A DNA stretch of 64,000 nt. Origin: Octopus bimaculoides. Lineage: Eukaryota. The stretch spans positions 109,764,401 to 109,828,400 of the forward strand of contig NC_068983.1 of the NCBI RefSeq assembly GCF_001194135.2, given 5' to 3'. The notes beneath the pieces are model-generated. The model had not been told where the DNA came from, made no database searches, and saw nothing but the letters and a program-made list of their open reading frames with translations. The position numbers and the translations under genes were made by a program. Of the stretch, positions 26,466 to 38,060 are shown piece after piece. The number at the start of each line of letters is the position of its first letter. The stretch's first letter is position 1.

Positions 26466-28462
26466 CTGTAACATATATTATTTGTGGATGAATACCGAAG
26501 TAAAATAAAATATTTGTCACATACCTACATTAAATATAATACTCAGATGGCTATATATATGCGTATATATATATATTTATGTTTAAATATATGTGTGTAT
26601 GTATGTATATATATATGTGTGTGTCTGTGTGTGTGTGTATATATGTATATATAGCATAAGACTAAGAGAATAGGTAACAAAGGTTTAGCAGTTTGAATAT
26701 GGGACTTGTTTTGTTTACAAAAACACATGCACACATATATATTGTTGGGTGCGGGTAAAACGGTTTTTTTTTTACCCTACATTTATATAGCAATAAGAAA
26801 ATGGTGGGGAATATGAGGTGCTCATCAACTTGCAGACATTGTATTCCATTGATTAATCTGTTTATTTTATGACCAAAATGACAATAAAGACAATATATAG
26901 ACGCTTATGACATACCATGTCATATCAACAATTAAGATTTCAAATTTAAAGGACATTTAGCACTTGGAGAAGGGACAAAATCTTACAGCTGTTTCGGACT
27001 AGTGTTGGCATGCCCCATTCTATCTGTATAGCTCCAGTACGCTGGAGTAATTAGTAGATAAAAATGATATAATGGGGGTACATGCATGATTCACTAGGCC
27101 TATTCAGAGATTTACAAAATTCAATTCATGAATTTTGCAAAATTTCATATTCCCATCCATTTTCTTATTACTATATGTATATATGTATGTATGTATATAT
27201 ATGTGTATATGTATGTATATATATGTGTGTATATATATTTATGTATATATATGTGTATATATATGTATGTATATATGTGTATATATATGTATGTATATAT
27301 ATGTGTATATATATGTATATATACATNNNNNNNNNNNNNNNNNNNNNNNNNNNNNNNNNNNNNNNNNNNNNNNNNNNNNNNNNNNNNNNNNNNNNNNNNN
27401 NNNNNNNNNNNNNNNNNNNNNNNNNNNNNNNNNNNNNNNNNNNNNNNNNNNNNNNNNNNNNNNNNNNNNNNNNNNNNNNNNNNNNNNNNNNNNNNNNNNN
27501 NNNNNNNNNNNNNNNNNNNNNNNNNNNNNNNNNNNNNNNNNNNNNNNNNNNNNNNNNNNNNNNNNNNNNNNNNNNNNNNNNNNNNNNNNNNNNNNNNNNN
27601 NNNNNNNNNNNNNNNNNNNNNNNNNNNNNNNNNNNNNNNNNNNNNNNNNNNNNNNNNNNNNNNNNNNNNNNNNNNNNNNNNNNNNNNNNNNNNNNNNNNN
27701 NNNNNNNNNNNNNNNNNNNNNNNNNNNNNNNNNNNNNNNNNNNNNNNNNNNNNNNNNNNNNNNNNNNNNNNNNNNNNNNNNNNNNNNNNNNNNNNNNNNN
27801 NNNNNNNNNNNNNNNNNNNNNNNNNNNNNNNNNNNNNNNNNNNNNNNNNNNNNNNNNNNNNNNNNNNNNNNNNNNNNNNNNNNNNNNNNNNNNNNNNNNN
27901 NNNNNNNNNNNNNNNNNNNNNNNNNNNNNNNNNNNNNNNNNNNNNNNNNNNNNNNNNNNNNNNNNNNNNNNNNNNNNNNNNNNNNNNNNNNNNNNNNNNN
28001 NNNNNNNNNNNNNNNNNNNNNNNNNNNNNNNNNNNNNNNNNNNNNNNNNNNNNNNNNNNNNNNNNNNNNNNNNNNNNNNNNNNNNNNNNNNNNNNNNNNN
28101 NNNNNNNNNNNNNNNNNNNNNNNNNNNNNNNNNNNNNNNNNNNNNNNNNNNNNNNNNNNNNNNNNNNNNNNNNGTGCTTTATTTCAAACCAAAATAAGTA
28201 ACATGGACATCAGATTTGAGCGAAATCCGTTGAAATTGGTTTGGCTGAAAATGGTTTGCTGGCAATTTGATTGGGAAATCCCATAAGGAATCAGTTTATT
28301 GGTTATTTCCACTCATTGACTGTTTTTTTTTTTAAAGTTGCATTAAAGATCTGCATAGGAAAAGGTTGATCTGAAGGTTTGCATTGGGGATGTGAATTGG
28401 AGTAACTTAGGAAAACTTACCAACAGCCTTAACCAAAAAATAAGGGGCCTGTCCTTTCTAGG

Positions 28463-28584
28463 TTAACTCTAACCCAGACCCCTAACCCTAACCCTGACCC
28501 TAAAACCGTAGCCCTAACACCAACCCTAATCCTAACCCTAACACTAACCTTAACCCTAACCCTAAAACCCTAACCGTAACACCC
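28463..28584. repeat. Degenerate interstitial telomere-like (CCCTAA)n array
   Basis: About 20 variant units (ccctaa, cctaaa, ccgtaa, cactaa, ccttaa). Confidence 0.9.
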
Positions 28585-28599
28585 AAGTGGAAATCGTGT

Positions 28600-29340
28600 G
28601 GGTGTTAATCTGAAAAATTACCAAACCCTTTTTGTAGTCTGAAAAACGGGTTGGGGGCGGGACGGGGATTGACAAATTGTTACATTTTTGTTTCATAGTT
28701 GTGAAATATAAACAAAACTCTTTTGTTCTCAAAGTAGTATATGTGCGTGTGTGTGAGAGTGAGAGGTGGGAGAAAGATGAACGATTTAAAACAAATAAAT
28801 GATATAAAATAAATATATTTGAATTGTTGTGTGAGAAAGTATATATAACCTCATTATAGAATATAGTGTCTTTCAAAAACATCGTATATTTTAAACTATA
28901 TCTCATGTTTAAGAAAAAGAAATGCATTTTACATTTACTCTGTCTTCCTTAACTACATTTTCATGCCACTTTTTTGTTCTTTTATTTTTTTTTTTTGTTA
29001 GGCGTTAGCAAAGTAAACTCTGTCTTGCTTAGAAAAATTTGCTTTGATTTCTGTCTGCCTTACCCACTTCTTAATTTTTTTTTTGCTAGACGCTACCAAA
29101 CACTCTGTATCTCTCCCCTGTAACAAACACACTATTTCTTTCTTTCTATCTCTCTCTCTCTCTCTCATTCACGCGCGTACGCACAGATTTGACTTCGCCA
29201 TGTCAACAAACTTCAAAATTGGTAAAAGTTTATCGATTTTTACAGGTATACGTGGGTACCTCTTAGAGAGAAAGTTGACGAAAATGCACATAGGGTCATT
29301 CTGAATCTTCTAAAAATGGAGTGACATGCGTGCTAATTTG
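28600..29340. promoter_or_regulatory. CpG-rich putative promoter or first-exon region
   Basis: GC box in GGGGCGGG (28653-28661); acgcgcgtacgc; YY1-like CGCCAT at 29196-29201; donors on both strands (+ G|GTAAAA at 29222; - TGG|GTAAGG at 29063). Confidence 0.5.
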
Positions 29341-29425
29341 TGGACGTGCATAAACTACATTCACGTACACACACACACAAACACACACACATCCTCTCTT
29401 TTATATATATTGATATGTAATGTAA

Positions 29426-29714
29426 TAATATACATATGGAAAATACTGGAAGGACTGGTGCCAAACTTTGGCATCAAGTACTACAAGAATGCCCGCACAG
29501 GTCGCCACTGCATGGTACCAAAGGTGCCGTACACTGCATCGCGCATAAGAACGACGTACTGCAACAGCCTCGGTTTCAGAGGACCTCAGCTCTTTAATGC
29601 TCTGCCAAAACATTTGAGAGACCTGCAAAACATGGATATAGAGGTCTTCAAGACAAAACTCAACGCTTTCCTCTCGACGATACCAGGCGAACCAATGGCT
29701 CGAAATGAGACACA
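29426..29714 (+). mobile_element. CR1-type LINE ORF2 C-terminal fragment
   Basis: IWKILEGLVPN...NSLGFRGPQLFNALPKHLR...FKTKLNAFLSTIPGEP, homologous to 7950-8250. Confidence 0.85.
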
Positions 29715-29815
29715 NNNNNNNNNNNNNNNNNNNNNNNNNNNNNNNNNNNNNNNNNNNNNNNNNNNNNNNNNNNNNNNNNNNNNNNNNNNNNNNNNNNNNN
29801 NNNNNNNNNNNNNNG

Positions 29816-29985
29816 GCTTATGCTTGTTAAATATCTTAAAGGAGTGGACATGATTATAAAATCTCCATTTAAATTGGGAAGCAGTGGCTCCTATGTAGTG
29901 GAAAGTATTATTGTCAATGGTGAGAATACCCCTATAAACTACGTTCTTCTTGAGGCACTGGTTGTCCAGGGGACACATGGAGGTT
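29816..29985 (-). mobile_element. Penelope-like element GIY-YIG endonuclease fragment
   Basis: CPLDNQCLKKNVVYRG...YIGATASQFKWRFYNHVHSF. Confidence 0.85.
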
Positions 29986-30291
29986 CACAATAGTTACAAA
30001 GTCTTACACTATTCTTCAGCTTACACCATTCTCCTTGTTAATAATTACATATGTACAAAGTTATTTTCTCAAATATCATTTAATATATATTTAATATATA
30101 CAGGGTTTGAATTTGAGCTACTATCAGTTTTATGTCTCAGAAAATATGATCAAGCACGCTTGTTTAGTATGCCGTGTAGTTCCAAGCAATCATTAGACTC
30201 TTAAATCCATCATGGCTGCTCTTATATATATATAAGTTATGTAGATATGTACATAGATACATACATGCATACACATAAACCTACATACATA

Positions 30292-30372
<81 letters not shown>

Positions 30373-31145
30373 GTAAATGAGTATATGCATATATACGTAC
30401 AGGTATGTGCATACCGACATCCACCTGTATGTATAGGTGCATATCTGGGTACAGGACATTGCAAACAAAACGTAGACGAGAAAACACACAAGCCACATAG
30501 AGAACATTCTACCTCATCAGCTACCCCCGTTTTAACACCGGCGTTTCGAAGAGCTGGGCAGGACGCATCGTTAAAACGGCTCTTCCCATGGACCGCAAAT
30601 TAAATTTGTATAATGCATATAATCTCTCTGGATTAAGCATTCTGTGTCACAAACTGTAACCTTTCTCCACTGAATTAACTCCTACCACCATGTCAATTCT
30701 GATTCCAAGTAGTCAAGTGATGCTACTCCTAATTCCTTCATTACCATATTTTTCTTTTCTTTTTACTCATTCCATTTCTTATCGTTTACCTATTTCCTCT
30801 CATCTTGTCTTGTTCTTTCTTACTTTTTCTCAAAGAGTAGCCATGATGTATTTAAGAGTCTAATGATTGCTTGGAACTACAAGGCTGAAACATGCTAAGG
30901 TCATAAATTAGGTCTCCTCACATCCTCATCCTTTGACTCAAGACAATTGTCTAGTTATCTCTTTCATGGGCCTTTTCACTTTAAGTTGTTCCAGATTAAT
31001 GCCTCAATGTGGTCAAATACATTATCTTCCATCCCATGAATTTTAGTAACAATAGCTCTGCCTGTACTGGCTGGCACACCACCAGCATACAGCTAGATAA
31101 AAGGTTTTGCTATATGCAGCACTGCCTACTGTATTGACTTCTCCC

Positions 31146-31241
<96 letters not shown>

Positions 31242-31535
31242 TNNNNNNNNNNNNNNNNNNNNNNNNNNNNNNNNNNNNNNNNNNNNNNNNNNNNNNNNNN
31301 NNNNNNNNNNNNNNNNNNNNNNNNNNNNNNNNNNNNNNNNNNNNNNNNNNNNNNNNNNNNNNNNNNNNNNNNNNNNNNNNNNNNNNNNNNNNNNNNNNNN
31401 NNNNNNNNNNNNNNNNNNNNNNNNNNNNNNNNNNNNNNNNNNNNNNNNNNNNNNNNNNNNNNNNNNNNNNNNNNNNNNNNNNNNNNNNNNNTCTTCTTCT
31501 TCTTCTTCTTCTTCTTCTTCTTCTTCTTCTTCTTC
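31146..31535. repeat. (TTTC)n and (TTC)n microsatellites flanking a gap
   Basis: Direct inspection. Confidence 0.95.
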
Positions 31536-31917
31536 ACTTTCATCTTCTATTTGTTTTCCTCCCTGCTCCTTTCCTTTCTCCCTCTTATCATTATATATAT
31601 CCGCCCTCTTACTTCCCCTTCCCTACATAGCATCTTCTCCACATACTCATCTCCTATACACACTTTTAATTTTTTTTTCTTTTATTTCCTCCTGATATTT
31701 TCATAACAACAAGGTCTGAAAGGTGCTCAATGTAATAGCATGCCTTTGATGCAAGTCTGAGGAAGTGCCTCTCTAATGCCTAAAACCGCAAATACTACAT
31801 GATTTTTCTTTTAAATTTGTATGTAAACTGGCGTTGCAAATGGAGATAGTACGGAAACATTTGTAACTTATAATTAAAGATGCATTAAAGAATTTTTTTT
31901 GTTTTCTTCTTTTCATT

Positions 31918-31948
<31 letters not shown>

Positions 31949-32473
31949 ACATACATAATAGGTCAAAAGCATAAATATCCAGTCAACAAGTATCAAGTCA
32001 GTTTAAAACATATTTATCCTTTGTATGTAAGTGAAATCAGATATTGTAATCGTGTGTCTTTGTTTTTCTGTGTGCTTGCAAAATTACTAGGAAATAGCTG
32101 AATGGTTTTTCACCAAGTTTGGCAGGGATACTCATTGGGTGAGTGGCTAAAAATGATGAAAATTTGGTTTGTTCATCTTCAAACATACATAAATACATAT
32201 GTAGATATGCGACCATTTGTATCTGTGTGTGTGTACAGTGATGGATTCGAGGGTTTCGTTTATTTATAAGTTGATTTCTTAATTTCACTGGAGAATAAAT
32301 ACTTGCAATAGCGATAGTTAAAAAAAACTTACAAATATCCCGATAAGTGGTCATATTATTTATATCCTTCAACAAACTGCAGTACACTCGATTTACCTGC
32401 CATCATTTAAAGACATTGAAGACACCTCAAATTTTGTGCAAATTTTGTGTAAAAGAAAGAATTATTGTTATTA

Positions 32474-32836
32474 TTACCAACCATATGGTTCTGGGTTCAG
32501 TCCCACTGCGTGGCGCCTTGGGCAAGTGTCTTCTACTATAGCCTCGGGCTGACCAAAGCCTTGTTAGTGGATTTGGTAGACGGAAACTGAAAGAAGCCTG
32601 TCGTATATATACATATGTTTGTGTGTGTGTGTGTGTCTGTGTTTGTCCCCCACCCCACTATTGCTTGACAACTGGTGTTGGTGTGTTTACATCCCCGTAA
32701 CTTAGCGGTTCAGCACAAGAGACCGATAGAATAAGTACTAGGCTTACAAAGAATAAGTCCTAGGGTCGATTTGTTCGACTAAAGGTGGTGCTCCAGCATG
32801 GACACAGTCAAATGACTGACTGAAACAAGTAAAGAA
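32474..32836 (+). mobile_element. tRNA-derived SINE family A
   Basis: ggttctgggttcagtccc, ccttgggcaagtgtcttctactatagcc, internal TA/GT tract and gactgaaacaagtaaag tail. Confidence 0.9.
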
Positions 32837-33383
32837 TTATTATAATTATTATTATTAAGCTGACCACAGTTGCTAATTTTTAACTTGTACGAGTAATAAC
32901 TAATTTTGTTCCATGACAGCTCTATAATAACTGTCAAAATCACCATACTATAACAGAATCAGTTACCTCTTGATTTATATCTCAAAATGAGCTGAATTAG
33001 CATGAAACATCATGTGTGTTACTGTTACATAATATTGTGTGAATGAATTTCACCTACCATAGCTGTATAGCTGTCTCAAGAATAGTCTAAAAATTTGTAT
33101 TTACTATTTTTCATATTTGAACTCAACGATAACACATATATGAAACAAACAAATATTTCATATTTTAAGAATGTCATATCAGTTTCAGAAATGCTAATTT
33201 TCTTTCTAAGTAGTCTGAGTACTTAAGAATTGTAGAAATATTAAGTTTCTCTCTCATGAACTTTCTCTTGTATTCAAATTATGAAAAGTATACTTTCCTT
33301 TTGAAAAACATGTAAAATGCACCTTATTTTGCTGTTACTAATAAATTACCTTCGTTTTAGGTTTTCTCTTACTTCCTACTCAC

Positions 33384-33400
33384 TTTATTGCTGTTTTATC
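33384..33400 (-). other. Candidate 17-nt microexon (GATAAAACAGCAATAAA)
   Basis: Long poly-T tract followed by gtcag acceptor, and AA|GTGAGT donor; host gene unknown. Confidence 0.3.
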
Positions 33401-35794
33401 CTGACAAAAAAAAAAAAAAAAAATGGTGCGAAACAAAATTAAGCTTAGAAGATCATGAAATAATTATTTTATTAACGTGTCTTTAGCTTATGCGTTTGAA
33501 AAATTAACTTTTTTAATGTATTTTTCTCAGGTTTGAAAAAATATCTAAGCTTAAAGTACAGAGTGCAGCAGAAAAAAAACCTTAGATTCCCTATTCTTGA
33601 TAAACGTTTTAACAGCAAATGCTTGATGTGCTTCAGTCTAAATCATGATTATAATTGAAAGAAAATAGTAAAACATTAGCTCCATGAAAACACCATTACT
33701 ATCAGCACAACTTTACTATGGGAGGTTTTCCTGATGCACTCTTCATTCCTCTTTATGTATATATTATCCCATTTCCTTTTTCAAGATATATGTGCTTTTC
33801 TCTCCTCATAAATGTTTATAGTTCTAATTGAATAATGATAGAAACATAGCTTTCAAAATTTTCAATGTTTTTTTGGTTATCTTCAAAATTTTAAATGTCT
33901 TTAAAAATGGAATTTGAGAAAGTGAACCTCTTTATCTCTTATATAAGTATCAATTTATGATTGATCAATGCATTAAATGCTTCATAGACAAAAAAAAAAG
34001 TTATCAGTACAGTTCATTATAACCCCAATCATCATTAGTGTGCAGATTTGTAGTTGGTTTCCAGAAGCTTTTGATTAAATTATGATGAAAAAATTGATTT
34101 TACTGTTTCGATATGTTTTTATGAATTTTAAATAGCAGCTTGGATAACCCCTTAAGAAATATTGAATTATTCAACTTGAAAGAGCTTTTAAACAGCTGAT
34201 TACAAAGCATTAACTTCATCTTTCTTTAGATATTGGTTATGTTACATTCCCAAATGTTTTTGTTTACTTAATTATAAATTACTTAAACAGTTAACTATTT
34301 CATGATAAACTTGAAGAAGTAAGAAAAAAAAATGTTTGCAATTTTTCTTCTAAAAATTTATGTATAACATTGAATTGCAATGACAATGATGGAAATATTG
34401 AATGAGGCAAGTGATTGTTAGGAATAAGTTAAGTTACTATCTTGCAACCAAGAAGGAAAGTGTTTCAGAAACTGTGTTAGATTAGAATATTTTAGAGAGA
34501 GTTTAAAACTTTTTCACCATTACAAACTCAGTTTGTGCTGAACTATATTTGTATTGTATTCTTCCTGAAACATGCACACTTGTGATTTTATTGCACTTTG
34601 CTTGAAAAGTATATGAAACACTTATCTTTAATGAGATGTAGAACTGTTGCTGTTTAGCTTAAAGTTCTGCTGTTGTTGAGTATTCATGTGACCAAAGGCA
34701 TTCCAGCCATGACTGTTCCAACTTTTAGGACTATGAAATATTACTTACATAACATGTCCTTCGATTAAGATGAGAGCGTGTGATATAAGGGAGGTTTCCT
34801 TTAAGAAATAACTGCTTCATATTCTTATTGAAGTATGCACATGTGAACTATTTACAGAGAAGCAGGTTTTGTCTCTGATTTACAACATTTGAAATCAAGT
34901 ACTACATTTCACACCTACTTTTCAGTTTCATGCCTACTTGAATGCCACTGCCTTAATTATATTAGCATATTTGGGTACACTAATTACTTCTGTCTCTATA
35001 CTCTAAATCACAGTTATAAATCTATGTTGAATTTGACTTCCTTTTCCTGCTGAAGCAGATAATGGAATCCAAAATGCACATTGTTTTGTAAAATTTAACA
35101 TCTTTGACCAAAATTTACACTCATGAATGAAAACTGGATTTGTTTAATATCTAGGTGATATATTTCCTATTTGCATGTTTATTACATTTATAATACCCAT
35201 TGCTTGTAATGCATGATTTGTATTCTGCAAAAGGCGTAAAAATTAATGATTGTTGATAATATGACCAAAAACATGCTATAAATATATTTTCATTATTATT
35301 TTTTTTATCACTGATATTAAGGTATCATGAAATTTTATCACAAAATAATCTTGGATAGTCAGAAAATCTATTTGTTGGGTGTATTTGTTGCCTTAATTTC
35401 AAATAGTTGAAAAAATAACTACTGCAACTATTATAAAAAATATTAAAATATTGAACCTTTTTCAGAAGTTTTTCCTTCATAACTCCAATTTCAAATCTAT
35501 TTCAAGGTTTTGTGTAAGAACTTGAAGAAAAAGAATAAATAAAGAGCTAAGTAAGTGGGGGATAGTACACACGAATATTATTCATGAAATGTTCACTCAG
35601 AAATAGAATACATAGACTAGTTGTATGATTGAAATACATATAAAATGTTATTTATGGCTACTATTCTATTTAAGATATATAAATATTGGTTATAAACCTA
35701 ATAGACATTGACTAATGAGTGGTGAGCAAGCATAGGAAGTACTAATAAAGTAAGTTATATTGACTTCAGATAAGTTGTAGCACGTTTAGTGGGG

Positions 35795-35902
<108 letters not shown>

Positions 35903-37499
35903 ACTCTTATATTTAGCATCTGCCATCTGCATTTTTGTAAAGTACAAAGGCTGAAAGATATGTTAGTCTGTAAAATACTACCTGAAGAAAATTTGGAGAG
36001 AATGCCGCACATCAAAGATAAGGAAATAGTCTGATAAGTAGACATCTTAAAAAAAAAGTTAACAATTTGGAAATTAAATGGGTATAACAAAGATCATTTT
36101 TCAATAATGGATAGATGTATTTAGATTTAGTATCAATACCTGAAGTCTCAGAAGCAATATTCTTAGAAAGATGCTGGCAAAATTAAGACAAACAAGTTAC
36201 ATAAAGCTACATTGGTAACAAAGAAGTCTTAACTCACTGTAAAAGTGATGCAGTTGAGTGGCTGTAAGTAGCTGTTTCTTGTTTGAAGAAACACAAAATG
36301 GAGACAATCAGGTTAAAGCTTGTATGTTACTCTCAGTCCAACACCTTGTAAATGTTTTGATATGGTCTAGGAATATATGATACTTTTAACTCAGTAGGTA
36401 TGGATTTCTTTGAAAGTTTATGTAAAGAACTGATTTAAATATTGGAGTTGTTTGCATAGATTTCTACACATGATTCTCAGAATATGTATTTAGCATAATT
36501 GTATTGTAACCATAAAACTCTCTTTCTCTCTTTAATATATCATCATCTGCAATTAAAAGTCCATTCTCCTTGTTTGTATGGGTCAGATTGGATTCATTGA
36601 GGCAGAGTTTCTGCAGCTGGATGCCCTTTCTGTAGCTAAATTCTCACCTGTTTCCAGGCAAGTTAGTGTTTCCTCATGACTGGACAAGTCATGGGTAATT
36701 GGAAACAAAGGACATTACTTGTATATTAATGATAATCATTCATAACTGTCATGCAATATCAAAACAAGGATACACAAATATACATATGCACCTGTGCATG
36801 CACACACATGCGCACTTGTTTTCTGTTCACTAGATCCACTCAGAAGTCCTGAGGCTCTAATAGGAGTCATTTGCCAAGGTGCCATGCAGTGGTATTGAAC
36901 TTAAAGCTATTCGGTTGGGAAGCTAACTGCTTAACCGCACTACCATGCAGCACCTTTTGTCTCCAGTGCACACACATACACACATCATTATCATTATCAT
37001 TTAATGTCTGTTTTCCACACTGGCATGTGTTGGGCAGTTTACATGTGTCACTGAGTTGGAGGACCATGTCTTCATTTAGTGTCTGAGATTTGGTATAGTT
37101 TCTGTGATTGTATGCTCTTTCTAGCACCAAGCACTTTTTTTCCCTTTTTTGTGGGGTCACACTAACTCTAGTGAGGTTTCCCTAGAACCTGCAAAACTAA
37201 AGATCCCCTTAAGCTGAGTAGTAGTGACTAGAAGAGGGAGTAGCTTTATGCTTAGTTTTAGAGTTTAAAGTATGATATACAGAACAAGTTTTTTTTTATT
37301 ATGGAGGAGATATGTGCGTACTCTGTATTATATAAGGGTGAATAGGAGTAATTGGGGTAGAGATAGAGATATAGATGCTGGCAATATGGTATCAGGATAA
37401 GCCTTCCATACACAAGAGGGTGAAGAGAAGAGAGTATAGGGTAGAAGGTCATGAAGAGTGATTGAGTAGACACCTTAGAAATATGTAGGGAGAAAGAAA

Positions 37500-38060
37500 A
37501 AAGGGTTAGAAGTGAAGCTGGGGATGAGTGAAGTTATGCTCATTGCCATATATATCACTTTACTGACAGCGCCTCAGTACATCTTGTATGGCATTCATCT
37601 TTTCCTAGCTTCCTCAATGACCACCAGATCAGGAACAAGACAACCTGCTGAAAGCTTTCTTCAGGTTAATGGATGCTAAATACAGCAGTATATCTTTAGC
37701 TCAATACTTCTGCAGTTGTTTCTCTTGGGGGAAGCCATCTGCAGTACTTCTTCCTGGCACAGAACTGAAAAGCATTTCAACTAAGAAAATTCTCTTTCTC
37801 ATTTATCGATGTTTGACACTTTCATGACTAGTCCAGCAATTTGATACTTCTGTAACTACGTCTCTCTGAGACATTGCTTTTCCCTTTGAAACAGTTGGGT
37901 ATGATGCTGTCACACCAGTCATTTCATGTGATATCTTCCTGTACAGCCTGATTGAGTACACGAGTTTTGGTAGTTATATCCTATGTCACCAGATATTGTA
38001 AACATCTCAGCAGCAACTCATGATGGTCTATATTCTTAATTGCTTTATCTGTCATATTGC
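37500..38060 (-). mobile_element. Decayed RTE reverse-transcriptase N-terminal fragment
   Basis: Reverse translation WCDSIIPNCFKGKSNVSERRSYRSIKLLD resembles W..S.IVPIYKGKGD...NYRGIKLL. Confidence 0.65.

Noticed and set aside
28463-28584. True chromosome end or telomere
   Set aside because: The array is short, highly degenerate and internal, with ordinary sequence on both sides.
714-31706. Many long ORFs in the track (YIYI, HTHT, X-runs)
   Set aside because: They arise from (TA)/(CA)/(TTTC) microsatellites and N gaps and are not coding.
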